Position numbers and translations under genes: made by a program. 52,793 nt of DNA. Origin: Candidatus Magasanikbacteria bacterium RIFOXYD2_FULL_41_14 (GTDB taxonomy: Bacteria > Patescibacteriota > Patescibacteriia > Magasanikbacterales > GWA2-37-8). The notes under the pieces are model-generated. The model worked only from the letters and a program-made list of their open reading frames with translations, ran no database searches and was not told the origin of the DNA. Within the stretch, counting starts at the first letter, position 1, and each line of letters starts with the position of its first letter. The stretch is from contig MFRE01000009.1 of assembly GCA_001784475.1 (NCBI GenBank), positions 36,585-89,377 on the forward strand. Direction: 5' to 3'. Below are positions 34,288 through 43,892 of the stretch, piece after piece.

Positions 34288-36540
34288 CTAGGGCAAACTT
34301 AGTTGATATAGATTACCGTCATCAGCAACAAAAGCACGTTTTTCTTGTTCCTCAACCACTAATCCGCTTGGGTTCGTCCAAGCATCAACCTCAATTTGAT
34401 TTATTAAGTTGCCGTCTTTGTCGGTAATTATTAAGCGTTTATTGGCACCGTCTAATACATATAGGTTTTGTAGATCATTGTAGGTCCAGAGATTGCTGTC
34501 TGATGATAGCGCTGGATAAAGACCTCTCAAGTTAAATGCAACTTTTTGTCCGCCGTTCCATTTACTGACGGTACCATTTTGGTGAGTAATAAAGATGTCG
34601 CCATCAATAGTGATATCATCGGCGTCAGACAAATAGTTACCCTCGGATTTAATCCATTTTTGACCAATACCAAAACCGGTTTTAATTCGGTCGTGTTTAT
34701 AAATTTGTTGGTTAGAAGTATCTAGGCTGTAAAGTCGTCTATTATATGTGATGATACTTTTGATATTCGTTTCATCTTCAGGAAAACTTATATCCACTTT
34801 TTTAACAGTTTTACTTTCAGGCAAATATTCCGCTATTTCATTTTTACCATAAAGCAAAATCGCGGAGTCATTCTCTTTGGGGACTGTGGCGTCAGTATAT
34901 CCGGTAAATAGGGTAACAATAGTCCCGGTTTGTTTTGTTAGTAAATCATAGGTATAAAGCGATGGCGAGGTTGATGAATATGCAATTAGTAGATTGTTTA
35001 TTTTTAAAATGTTGTTTAACCCAACATCATCCCAGGTGGCCAAAGTTTCTATTTTGGCGGCGTAGCTTTTGCGAAGTTGTGCTAATAATTGGTCTAAAGT
35101 GGACGCGATCGCATCGCAGCGTTCTTTTTTTTGTTTGTCTTGCAAGCAGTCGGTTTGACTAAGAATGTTTTTGGCATCGGCTAAGTCGCTTAGGGCGCTT
35201 TCGGTGTCATTATATACCAGCGAACTTTCTGCACTATCCTGCTTAGTGTTAATGGCGGTAATATTGTCTTCAAATTGTTTGTTTTGCAAGCGCGAGTTCT
35301 GCTGAGATCGTAAGAATAGGACACTGCCAGCAAATATAAAGAAAGTAATAATTGCTCCTAATATTAGCCCTTTGGTTAGCATGGGAAGCTGCTTAAAGTA
35401 AAGGGTGCGGTTTTGAAAATCGTGGCGCCAGTTATCAATGATGTTGCGTCGGCGTTTTTGAAAATTAGTAATAACAAAAAATAAAGCTAGAAAAAATTTA
35501 GCTAACCCAACAAAAAATTTAATAATTAAAATAATAACCCAACCCAGCCCAATTACTAATGATCGTACTAATTTTCCGGTTTGGCGTAAGACAGCTAGCG
35601 ATGTTCGCGTAAAATCAAAGGTTTGCTTTCCGCTTGCCATTTGATGTGGTCGTAAATGAGCAGAAGATATTTCAGTTATTGTGTTAGAGGTGCGCGATAA
35701 AGGCGGTTGCTCATTTTGATCTTTTGGCTTGAAAATACCATTTATTTTTTGGTTCAATTGAGACATGAACGCTGGAGCCAAAGTGTTGGCAGTGTGTTTT
35801 TCGGTAGAAAATAGTTGTTTTAAGGATTTTTCTGAATCACCTTTTTTCAAGGTCGGACGGTCCATGTGTTCGGCGGCAACAGCACTAAGATGAATAATCA
35901 AACCCCCGAACGACATATCATTGCGCAATTCCGACAAAACTCGCTCTAAATGTTCAGCTATTTGTCGTGGTGGTCGTGTGGTAGTAATTTTTTGTAAACG
36001 ATCCTGGTTAAAATATTTAGCTACATTAGGTGTAGTTACTAACATATAATCGCCCGAACTCACTTTACCTTGAATGATCTGGGAGAATAACTGATGCTCA
36101 TCGCCCTGGTCATCGCCCGCGCCAATAAGATCTATTTTTTTATAAAGCCCATCTTTATTTTTATAAAACATTAATATCTGCGGTTCGCCGTGGTATGAAA
36201 AAACAATTTCTTTTTGACGAATTGCCCCAACCACGCAATGTAGGTTTTCCGGCTCGGTCACCCCGCCCCAATATTCGTGGTTTATTTCTTTTAGAACTGT
36301 CTCTAGGCCGTGTTCGTCGGGTTGCTCTTTTTTGGCGTAATAACTACTCTCAATTTCCTCAATAATTTTTTGAAGATGTAGAATGGATTCAGTTGACGAG
36401 TTGTTCAATTCCGCAATAGCAAAAAAATTACCCTTGCTTTCTTCTTCGGCGTTGGAGGGTTCGGTGATGTGGAGGAGAACGTGGGATTTTTGTTGATTGC
36501 CTCCCTCTACAAAAAATTCCTGTAATTGTAAATTTTCCAT
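34288..36540 (-). CDS. Large membrane-anchored protein: PP2C-like N-terminal fold, central TM segments, C-terminal beta-propeller (NHL-like)
   Basis: Domain layout inferred from sequence pattern (YNRRLYSLD, ITIDGDIFI and LYVLD blades); ATG 36540. Confidence 0.6.
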   Translation of the reverse strand: MENLQLQEFFVEGGNQQKSHVLLHITEPSNAEEESKGNFFAIAELNNSSTESILHLQKIIEEIESSYYAKKEQPDEHGLETVLKEINHEYWGGVTEPENLHCVVGAIRQKEIVFSYHGEPQILMFYKNKDGLYKKIDLIGAGDDQGDEHQLFSQIIQGKVSSGDYMLVTTPNVAKYFNQDRLQKITTTRPPRQIAEHLERVLSELRNDMSFGGLIIHLSAVAAEHMDRPTLKKGDSEKSLKQLFSTEKHTANTLAPAFMSQLNQKINGIFKPKDQNEQPPLSRTSNTITEISSAHLRPHQMASGKQTFDFTRTSLAVLRQTGKLVRSLVIGLGWVIILIIKFFVGLAKFFLALFFVITNFQKRRRNIIDNWRHDFQNRTLYFKQLPMLTKGLILGAIITFFIFAGSVLFLRSQQNSRLQNKQFEDNITAINTKQDSAESSLVYNDTESALSDLADAKNILSQTDCLQDKQKKERCDAIASTLDQLLAQLRKSYAAKIETLATWDDVGLNNILKINNLLIAYSSTSPSLYTYDLLTKQTGTIVTLFTGYTDATVPKENDSAILLYGKNEIAEYLPESKTVKKVDISFPEDETNIKSIITYNRRLYSLDTSNQQIYKHDRIKTGFGIGQKWIKSEGNYLSDADDITIDGDIFITHQNGTVSKWNGGQKVAFNLRGLYPALSSDSNLWTYNDLQNLYVLDGANKRLIITDKDGNLINQIEVDAWTNPSGLVVEEQEKRAFVADDGNLYQLSLP

Positions 36541-36678
36541 AATATTAATATGGAGTAATATTGGCGCCCATATTCGCCTTGGTTTTTTGACTTCCGAAGC
36601 TAAAGATAGTATACTATTAAATGTAAAATAAATCAAAGTTTTTGGGTTTTTTACCCACAGCTATTTATCAATAATTTT

Positions 36679-37275
36679 ATGCTTGAACACCTAATTGGTT
36701 CATCTACTCGGGTTAAACTTTTGCAGGTATTTTTTACAGCTGGCGATAGATCTTTTTTTGTGCGGGAGCTTTCTAGGATGATTGGCTCGCAGATTAACGG
36801 CGTTCGGCGCGAGTTGGCGAATTTAGAAGACATTGGCCTCTTAAAGCAGATTGAGGCCAAAAAAGGTTCGGTGGAAAATTTAGGCACTGAACGGTCAAAG
36901 TATTATTGCCTTAATCAGGAATTCTTTTTGATAGAAGAGTTACGCGCTTTATTAGTTAAAGCTCGTGTTTTAGAAGAACAGAACTTTATTGATGCCATTA
37001 AGCGTAAAGCTGGAAATCTTAAGTTATTTCTTTTGGCCGGTCGTTTTACCGGTGACGATAACGGACCGACCGACATGCTAATTGTCGGGCATGTTAAACC
37101 GGTCGCTTTAGCAAAAATAATTCGAGATTTTGAAAAATTTTTAGGACACCCTTTGCGTTATACATTGATGGAAGAGAAGGAGTTTAAGGATCGGCGCGAG
37201 ATAGGCGATAAATTTATTTATGGAATTTTTGAGTCAAAGTTTATTACTGTGTTAGGATCTGGCTTACTTCAATAG
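36679..37275 (+). CDS. Winged-helix regulator with nucleotidyltransferase-like C-terminal domain
   Basis: 'S.TRVKLL..F......FFVRELSR.....IN.VRREL.NL...G' and 'DMLIVG'. Confidence 0.75.
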   Translation: MLEHLIGSSTRVKLLQVFFTAGDRSFFVRELSRMIGSQINGVRRELANLEDIGLLKQIEAKKGSVENLGTERSKYYCLNQEFFLIEELRALLVKARVLEEQNFIDAIKRKAGNLKLFLLAGRFTGDDNGPTDMLIVGHVKPVALAKIIRDFEKFLGHPLRYTLMEEKEFKDRREIGDKFIYGIFESKFITVLGSGLLQ

Positions 37276-37277
37276 CT

Positions 37278-37670
37278 ATGTATTTATTAGTTGATAATTC
37301 AGATTTTGAATTCACTAAACTCTATATTGACTTGAACAACAATTGGGTACAACGCGATTGGGTTGCTTCATGCCCGCTCGCGGTCTGTATTCAAGAGTTT
37401 TTAAATGAGCAAAATGTTTCTTTAAAGCAATTAAAAGGTTTGGGAGTGGTAGTCGGCCGTGGTCGTTTTACTGCTACCAGAGTGGCAGTAACAGTTGTTA
37501 ATACGTTGGCCTATTCTTTAGGATTGCCGGTAGTAACAGTATCAGAAATTGAAAAAGATAACATTATTGAGTTAATTACAAAAACGCCCGTCGGTCAATA
37601 TGCCAGCGCACGGTATAGCGGTGAAGCGCATATTGGAACGACCAAAAATAAGATAAGATATGATAACTAA
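37278..37670 (+). CDS. tsaB: Short TsaB-like protein
   Basis: 'LKGLGVVVGRGRFTATRVAVTVVNTLAY' resembles TsaB G.GPGSFTG.R; only 130 aa. Confidence 0.65.
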   Translation: MYLLVDNSDFEFTKLYIDLNNNWVQRDWVASCPLAVCIQEFLNEQNVSLKQLKGLGVVVGRGRFTATRVAVTVVNTLAYSLGLPVVTVSEIEKDNIIELITKTPVGQYASARYSGEAHIGTTKNKIRYDN

Positions 37671-39144
37671 TTACGAGCGTTATAGACTTTATGAAATTTT
37701 ACCCGGTTTAACTATTTGGGGCACTATTATTATTGGGATTGCCCTGTCGTTTTTTAAACCGCTAATAATGATTTATGTAATTATTGTATTTGATATTTAC
37801 TGGGTGTGTCGGGTGGTATATTTTAGTTATTATTTAATTTTATCTTGGAGACGATTTCGGTTAGCTTTGAAAATTGATTGGATGTCAAAATTGAAGAATG
37901 AGTGCCCCAGTTGGGTTGAGAAAATTCAAGTAGTTATGTTGCCAATCTACGATGAAGATTATGAAGTTGTGAGTGACTCCTTGGAGGCAATCAAGCATTC
38001 AACTTACTCAGCCAAAAAGATATACATTGTAATTTCCGGAGAAAGCAGGAAATTGAAACACTGGATCGAGATTCAAAGTTTGGTCCGAAGTCATTTTGAC
38101 GGTGTTTTCGCGGATTTAATTTTTTGCACCCACCCAGCCGGGCTAGCCGGTGAAATTCCTGGTAAGGGATCAAATATCAATTACGCGGAGAGTGAATTTA
38201 AAAAATACGCTGACGCTCGTGCTTGGAAATATATTGATATCATTGTATCAATTTTTGACATAGATACAGTGGTGCATCCGCAGTATTTTTCTCATTTGAC
38301 ATATCTATATTGTGTCCACCCAAATCCGGCTCGCAGTTCTTTTCAGCCGGTTACTTTGTATAATAATAATTTATGGGAGTCACCTTCAGTTTTGCGTGTG
38401 ATGGCTTTTGGTACCACTTTTTGGATGTTATTCAGTGTGGCTCGTCTAGACAACATGGTTACTTTTTCTTCTCATAGTATGAGTTTTCAGGCCATCGTGG
38501 ATTGTGGCGGGCACGCTCGCGATGTTGTTAGTGAAGATTCCAGAATATTTTTTCAATGTTGGCTTACCAATCACGGTAATTATGAAGTGACCCCGCTTTA
38601 TATTCCGGTATCAATGGATACAGTGCGCGCTGATAACTGGTTTGCAAGTTTAAAAAATTTGTATTTACAACAAAGGCGCTGGGCTTGGGGGACTGAAAAC
38701 ATTCCATTTTTGATGTATGCGTTTCGCAATCATAAGGAAATACCTTGGTTAAAAAAAGCGACAATTTTATTTCATGAATGGGAGGGTAAATGGAGTTGGG
38801 CGGTTGTGGCTGTTTTGATTACAATTTTGGGGCGCTTGCCTTTGTGGTTAGCCAATGATGAAGTGCGTCAGAGCGCCTTGTTTTTTAATGCTCCGTTTGT
38901 TTTGGAGAATCTAATGACAATAGCCATGATGGGCCTTTTAATTTCGGCGATGATGGGCATGCTTCTTTTGCCTCCTCGTCCTACTAAGCAAGGCCAGCAC
39001 AAATACTTGTTTATGTTGTTACAATGGGCGCTTGTTCCGGTTTCGTTGTTGTTATTTTCTTCTGTACCTTGTATTGATGCCGTTACTCACCTTATGTTCG
39101 GCAAGTATTTGGGATTCAATGTTTCACAAAAAAGTCGTGGTTGA
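37660..39144 (+). CDS. Membrane glycosyltransferase family 2
   Basis: LPIYDE, GKGSN, DID, SED and Q..RW motifs, with flanking TM helices. Confidence 0.9.
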   Translation: MITNYERYRLYEILPGLTIWGTIIIGIALSFFKPLIMIYVIIVFDIYWVCRVVYFSYYLILSWRRFRLALKIDWMSKLKNECPSWVEKIQVVMLPIYDEDYEVVSDSLEAIKHSTYSAKKIYIVISGESRKLKHWIEIQSLVRSHFDGVFADLIFCTHPAGLAGEIPGKGSNINYAESEFKKYADARAWKYIDIIVSIFDIDTVVHPQYFSHLTYLYCVHPNPARSSFQPVTLYNNNLWESPSVLRVMAFGTTFWMLFSVARLDNMVTFSSHSMSFQAIVDCGGHARDVVSEDSRIFFQCWLTNHGNYEVTPLYIPVSMDTVRADNWFASLKNLYLQQRRWAWGTENIPFLMYAFRNHKEIPWLKKATILFHEWEGKWSWAVVAVLITILGRLPLWLANDEVRQSALFFNAPFVLENLMTIAMMGLLISAMMGMLLLPPRPTKQGQHKYLFMLLQWALVPVSLLLFSSVPCIDAVTHLMFGKYLGFNVSQKSRG

Positions 39145-39159
39145 TTTGGATAATTATTT

Positions 39160-40590
39160 ATGAAAAAAATTAAAATATTATTTTTTACCATTTTGCTCAT
39201 GATTGTTGTCGTGGGAGTGTCTGGATATTTTTGGTTACAGAATAATCCCACTGGCCAGGCCTTGTTTCACTTTGGTGGTTTAGTAGTTGGGGCCAATGAC
39301 AATAGCGTAATTTTAAAACAAGCGCTCGGTTTGAGTAAGCCCAAGACCTATTTACTTCTTTTTTTAAACAACACTGAATTAAGGCCGGGTGGGGGATTTA
39401 TCGGCGCTTACGCTGTCGTGCGAATTGATAAAGCCAAGCCGGAAATTTTAAAAATAGAAGGGAGTGAAATTTTAGATAAAAACGCTACCGCCTTTCTGGA
39501 TAATCCACCGGAGCCAATCCAGCGTTCGTTGGCTGTGGATAACTGGTTTTTTCGGGATTCTAACTGGTCGCCAGATTTTGCGTCTTCTAGTGAAAATGTT
39601 TTGCGGGCTTATGCCAAGGAAAATGGTTTACTATCAGAAAATATTGACGCGGTTGTCGGATTTACGCCAACAGTGTTGGAAGAATTTTTAAAGATTGTGG
39701 GGCCCATAACAGCTGAAGGTATAGAATTTAACGCACAGAATTTTACGGAAAAATTGGAGTATGAAGTGGAATATGGCTATGTTGATCGGGGTGAAGAGTT
39801 TGTAGAGCGTAAGAATTTATTAGCAGATGTTGCGACAGCTTTGATTGCAAAAGGGCGAGAGAATATTTTGGAAGGATTGTCGCAATATTTTGCAGTCGTC
39901 CAAAGAATGATTTTGGAAAAGCAGATAGTTTTTTATTCTGTTGATAGCTCTTATCAGTCAATTTTAAAATCGCAAAATTTGTCCGGGCAGATGACAACAT
40001 CGACCGGAGATTATTTATTTTGGGTTGATGCCAATTTGGGGTCATTGAAAACCGATGTTGCTTTGACGCGTGATTTAACTTATAAAATAGTCAGTACTGG
40101 TACGCAGTATTTGGCGCGAGCAACAATGTATTATGACCACACGGGTGATTATGATTGGCGCACCACGCGTTATTTGGCTTATAGTCGTATTTTTGTACCA
40201 TTGGGTAGCAGGTTAATCAGCATAACAGGATCTGATGTTGAAGATGCATTGGGGAAATTGCCAACAGACGAAGGTGTTGAAAATGGACGCCAGTGGTTTG
40301 GATCGTATATTAAAATTATTCCGGGCAAAAGTTTGGCAGTCACTTTTGAATATTTATTACCTTCAGACATAATTGATTTTGAAAAATCTAAACAATATAA
40401 TTTATTTGTTCAAAAACAGATTGGCACTAATCAGATCGGATTAAATCTGAATTTAAACTTTGGAAGAAATATTCGGCCTGTCGAACCGAGTACATTTGAG
40501 ATGGGATTGGACAACAATAGTAATAATGATTATAATTTTAAGACGGATTTAGTGATTGATAGAGCGTTTGTCATTGAGTTTGATAATTAA
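39160..40590 (+). CDS. DUF4012 domain protein
   Basis: 'YLLLF.N..ELRPGGGFIG' and 'RDSNWSPDF' motifs. Confidence 0.85.
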   Translation: MKKIKILFFTILLMIVVVGVSGYFWLQNNPTGQALFHFGGLVVGANDNSVILKQALGLSKPKTYLLLFLNNTELRPGGGFIGAYAVVRIDKAKPEILKIEGSEILDKNATAFLDNPPEPIQRSLAVDNWFFRDSNWSPDFASSSENVLRAYAKENGLLSENIDAVVGFTPTVLEEFLKIVGPITAEGIEFNAQNFTEKLEYEVEYGYVDRGEEFVERKNLLADVATALIAKGRENILEGLSQYFAVVQRMILEKQIVFYSVDSSYQSILKSQNLSGQMTTSTGDYLFWVDANLGSLKTDVALTRDLTYKIVSTGTQYLARATMYYDHTGDYDWRTTRYLAYSRIFVPLGSRLISITGSDVEDALGKLPTDEGVENGRQWFGSYIKIIPGKSLAVTFEYLLPSDIIDFEKSKQYNLFVQKQIGTNQIGLNLNLNFGRNIRPVEPSTFEMGLDNNSNNDYNFKTDLVIDRAFVIEFDN

Positions 40591-40614
40591 TTTAAAAAAA
40601 TCTAAATATATTTT

Positions 40615-41622
40615 ATGTTTATCAAAAAAATCGGTATTGATCTCGGCACCACCAATGTTTTGGTATATGTGCCTAGAAAGGGGATTATTATTAACGAACC
40701 TTCTGTTGTGGCAATATCCAAAAGCGATGGCAAAGTGTTGGCGGTTGGTCTTGAGGCCAAAGATATGATTGGTCGCACGCCTGACACAATTGTAGCTGAA
40801 CGTCCACTGAAAGATGGTGTAATCGCCAATTACAACACTACCGAAGCGATGATGCGCTATTTTATTAATAAGGCCTTAGGCGGCATGCGGCTTTTTCGCC
40901 CAGAAGTGATGGTGGCGGTGCCAGCTGGAATTACTTCCACTGAACGGCGTGCGGTCATTGACGCTGCTCTCGCGGCTGGTGCTCGCGCCGCATATATTAT
41001 AAAAGAACCGATTGTGGCGGCAATTGGCGCCGATATTCCAATTGGCGCTGCTTCCGGTCATATGATAATTGATATTGGTGGCGGTACGGCTGAAATCGCC
41101 GTAATTTCTTTGGGCGGAATTGTGTCGTGTGGGTCGGTGCGTATTGGCGGCAATAAATTTGACGCGGCTATTGCCGAATATATTCGTCATAAATATAATT
41201 TAGCCATTGGCGAGAGTATGGCGGAAAAAATAAAAATAGCGGTTGGTTCGGCCCTGTTTATGGATAAGCCATTGACTACAGAAGTAAAGGGGCGGGATAT
41301 GGTTACTGGTTTACCCCGGATAGTTAATGTAAATTCCGATGATACTACCGAGGCCTTACAGCATGATTTAGAATTGCTGACTGAGGCAATTAAAGATGTT
41401 TTACAAAGAACGCCGCCAGAATTATCCGCTGATGTAATTGATAAGGGTATAATTTTATCAGGCGGGTCGGCATTGCTAAGAAATTTAGACGAGCTTATTG
41501 CCAAAACAACCGGTGTGGCCACTTATGTGGCCGAAGAACCGCTTTTGTGCGTGGCCAAAGGCACTGGTATTGCTTTGGAAAATTTAGATAGTTACAAGCG
41601 CAGTATTTTGGCGACGAAATGA
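40615..41622 (+). CDS. mreB: Rod shape-determining protein MreB
   Basis: IGIDLGT, EPSVVA, RPLKDGVIA, DIGGGT and TPPELS.D motifs. Confidence 0.97.
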   Translation: MFIKKIGIDLGTTNVLVYVPRKGIIINEPSVVAISKSDGKVLAVGLEAKDMIGRTPDTIVAERPLKDGVIANYNTTEAMMRYFINKALGGMRLFRPEVMVAVPAGITSTERRAVIDAALAAGARAAYIIKEPIVAAIGADIPIGAASGHMIIDIGGGTAEIAVISLGGIVSCGSVRIGGNKFDAAIAEYIRHKYNLAIGESMAEKIKIAVGSALFMDKPLTTEVKGRDMVTGLPRIVNVNSDDTTEALQHDLELLTEAIKDVLQRTPPELSADVIDKGIILSGGSALLRNLDELIAKTTGVATYVAEEPLLCVAKGTGIALENLDSYKRSILATK

Positions 41623-41690
41623 CGAAAGACCAAAGAATGAAGAATGAAGATTGGATTTTTAACAATCTTTAATCTTTAATCTTTAATTTT
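41618..41690. repeat. Heptamer tandem repeats in inverted arrangement
   Basis: Degenerate (AAGAATG)n units followed by AATCTTT x3. Confidence 0.7.
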
Positions 41691-41695
41691 TCACT

Positions 41696-42916
41696 GTGTT
41701 ACTCGCCATCGAAGCCAGCCACGCTGTTAAAACACCCCGCACGGGTGTGGAAGAAGCGTGTTGGCAGATGATTAAAAATTTATCCGACTTAGGCGGGCCC
41801 GCCTCGGGCGGAAAGTCAACTCTACCTGCGGACACGCGGGTTATTTTGTATAGTCATAAAATGCCTGATGACAAAAGTATGTCCGTACACGTGTACGGAC
41901 ATAAGTTTAATGAATTGCCTACAAATTGGGAGTGGAAAATTTTAAATTGGCCAGTAAAAAAACTTTGGAGTCAATTTCGTCTGTCATACGAATTATTTAA
42001 AAATCCGCCGGATGTTTTTTTTGCAGTTGGGCAATTATTACCATTTTTTTTACCTAAAAAAATAAAAGTAATTACTTTTGTCCACGACAGTGCGTTTGAA
42101 GCCGAACCGAATGCGTATAGTTTATTGGGAAAAATTTATTTAAAACTGATGAACCGCCGGATTGTGGCTCGCAGTGATAAAATTATTACATCCACGGAAT
42201 TTAATAAAAAAGAATTGCTAAAATATTATCAGGTTGCGTCGGAAAAAGTTGTGGTAGTTCCGCTTGCTTATGATGCCAATGTTTTTTGCATGGATTTGTC
42301 ATCGCGAGAAGCACGGCGACGAAGCAATCTATCATTTGATCAACAGAGAGATTGTTGCACTTCGCTCGCAATGATAAATAAACCATATTTTATTTATCTT
42401 GGCCGTTTGGAGGAAAAGAAAAATACTGCTTTGCTCGTGCGCGCTTTTGATCAAACACGTGCTAGTGGAGTTGACTGCCAGTTGGTATTGGTAGGCAAAT
42501 TTGGTAAACTTTCAGCAGATGTTCGCACCGCCTTGGTAGATAGTCCATATAAAAAAGACATCATTGTCCCGGGTTATGTTAAGTCAGAAGATTTACCTGG
42601 CCTAATGTGCGGGGCGCTCGCTCTGGTGTTTCCTTCCCGCTATGAGGGTTTTGGTATGCCGATTTTGGAAAGTATGGCTTGTGGCACGCCAGTAATTGTC
42701 AGTGATATTCCGGCCTTGCGGGAGGTGGGTGGATCAGCTATAACCTATATTTGTCCTAAAATTGCTGATTTGGCGCTGGCAATGGCCCAAGCAGCGAAAG
42801 ATCCAGTTTGGCGTGAAAATCATCGCCTAGCCGGCTTAGAACGGGTAAAAAGTTACTCCTGGACTAAAACAGCTGAAATCTTGGGCAGAGAGATTGCCAA
42901 AACCCGTTTATTTTGA
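41696..42916 (+). CDS. Glycosyltransferase family 4 with in-frame palindromic insertions
   Basis: GVE, VHD, YLGRLEEKKN and FPS.YEGFG.P.LESMACG.PV motifs; GTG start. Confidence 0.93.
   Translation: MLLAIEASHAVKTPRTGVEEACWQMIKNLSDLGGPASGGKSTLPADTRVILYSHKMPDDKSMSVHVYGHKFNELPTNWEWKILNWPVKKLWSQFRLSYELFKNPPDVFFAVGQLLPFFLPKKIKVITFVHDSAFEAEPNAYSLLGKIYLKLMNRRIVARSDKIITSTEFNKKELLKYYQVASEKVVVVPLAYDANVFCMDLSSREARRRSNLSFDQQRDCCTSLAMINKPYFIYLGRLEEKKNTALLVRAFDQTRASGVDCQLVLVGKFGKLSADVRTALVDSPYKKDIIVPGYVKSEDLPGLMCGALALVFPSRYEGFGMPILESMACGTPVIVSDIPALREVGGSAITYICPKIADLALAMAQAAKDPVWRENHRLAGLERVKSYSWTKTAEILGREIAKTRLF
41783..41814. repeat. GC-rich palindromic element inside GT4 (encodes SDLGGPASGGK)
   Basis: TCCG..AGGCGGGCCCGCCT..CGGA with a perfect 14-bp core palindrome. 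Confidence 0.7.
41878..41903. repeat. Palindrome copy 2, inside GT4 (encodes MSVHVYGH)
   Basis: 26-bp perfect palindrome identical to the core of the 32214 copy. Confidence 0.92.
42297..42376. repeat. TGTCAT-type REP/RPE-like element inside GT4
   Basis: Termini TGTCATCGCGAG/CTCGCAATGATA; internal GAAGCAATCT shared with the 11024 element. Confidence 0.8.
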
Positions 42917-42955
42917 TATTATTTATCTAGGAGGTTTTTAAGTTTTTAGAAGTTT

Positions 42956-43855
42956 GTGTTTATTGGCAATCAAGAAATTTTTGAATATTTTAACCAAGCG
43001 GCCCTTCAAAAAACTTTGAACCAGGCCTATGGTTTTGTTGGCGTTGCCCAATTGGGCAAGCGAACTTTGGCGGAAACTATTGCCGCCACTTTGCTCGGTC
43101 AAGAGCGTGCGAAATTAAATTTGCATCCAGATTTTTACAGTATAGAGCGACTCGCCGACGAGAAAACTGGCAAGATCAAAAAGGATATCACTGTTGGCCA
43201 AGCGCGAGAGATTAAAGCAAAATTGCAAAATCGGTCGTGGTTGTCTGGATATCAGGTAGTAATAATTGACGAAGCCGAGTGTTTTAACGAGGAATCAGCC
43301 AATTCACTGCTAAAGTTATTAGAAGAACCAGGACAGAAAAATGTGTTTTTTTTATTGAGCGAAGATGAAAGTAAAATAATACCAACTGTTCATTCTCGTT
43401 GCCAGTGGTGGCATTTTAATACTGTACCAAAAGTAGAAATAGAGAAAGTGTTGCGTGACCGTGATGTGGAGGGCGGGTTAGCCCACGAAGTGGCAGAATT
43501 GTCTTGGGGCCGTCCGGGACGAGCAATAACTTTGGCGGAAAATCCGGAAAAGCTATTACAAACTAGAGAAGAGGTTAGCCGCTATAAAAAATTACGCACG
43601 GCACCAATTTATGAACGTTTTAAAATAATTGAAAATTTGGCCGGTGAGAAAAAGAGCGCAGCTCAGGGCAAGGATGAGTTAGACGACATTTTACAAATTT
43701 GGACAACGGTAGAAGCGGAAAATATTATGTCAGGACAATTAGCAGCGCGTGCGCGATCAGTCCAAGTAATAGACAGATTAGCGCGCCTGCGGGGATATCT
43801 TAGGCAGAATATTCACCCGCGTTTGGCTTTGGAAGAATTTTGTTTATCGTTCTAA
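42956..43855 (+). CDS. holB: DNA polymerase III subunit delta'
   Basis: HPDF, IIDEAE, AN.LLK.LEEP and PT..SRC motifs. Confidence 0.92.
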   Translation: MFIGNQEIFEYFNQAALQKTLNQAYGFVGVAQLGKRTLAETIAATLLGQERAKLNLHPDFYSIERLADEKTGKIKKDITVGQAREIKAKLQNRSWLSGYQVVIIDEAECFNEESANSLLKLLEEPGQKNVFFLLSEDESKIIPTVHSRCQWWHFNTVPKVEIEKVLRDRDVEGGLAHEVAELSWGRPGRAITLAENPEKLLQTREEVSRYKKLRTAPIYERFKIIENLAGEKKSAAQGKDELDDILQIWTTVEAENIMSGQLAARARSVQVIDRLARLRGYLRQNIHPRLALEEFCLSF

Positions 43856-43892
43856 TTTAACTAATTAATAATTTAACCAAATTACTAACCAT

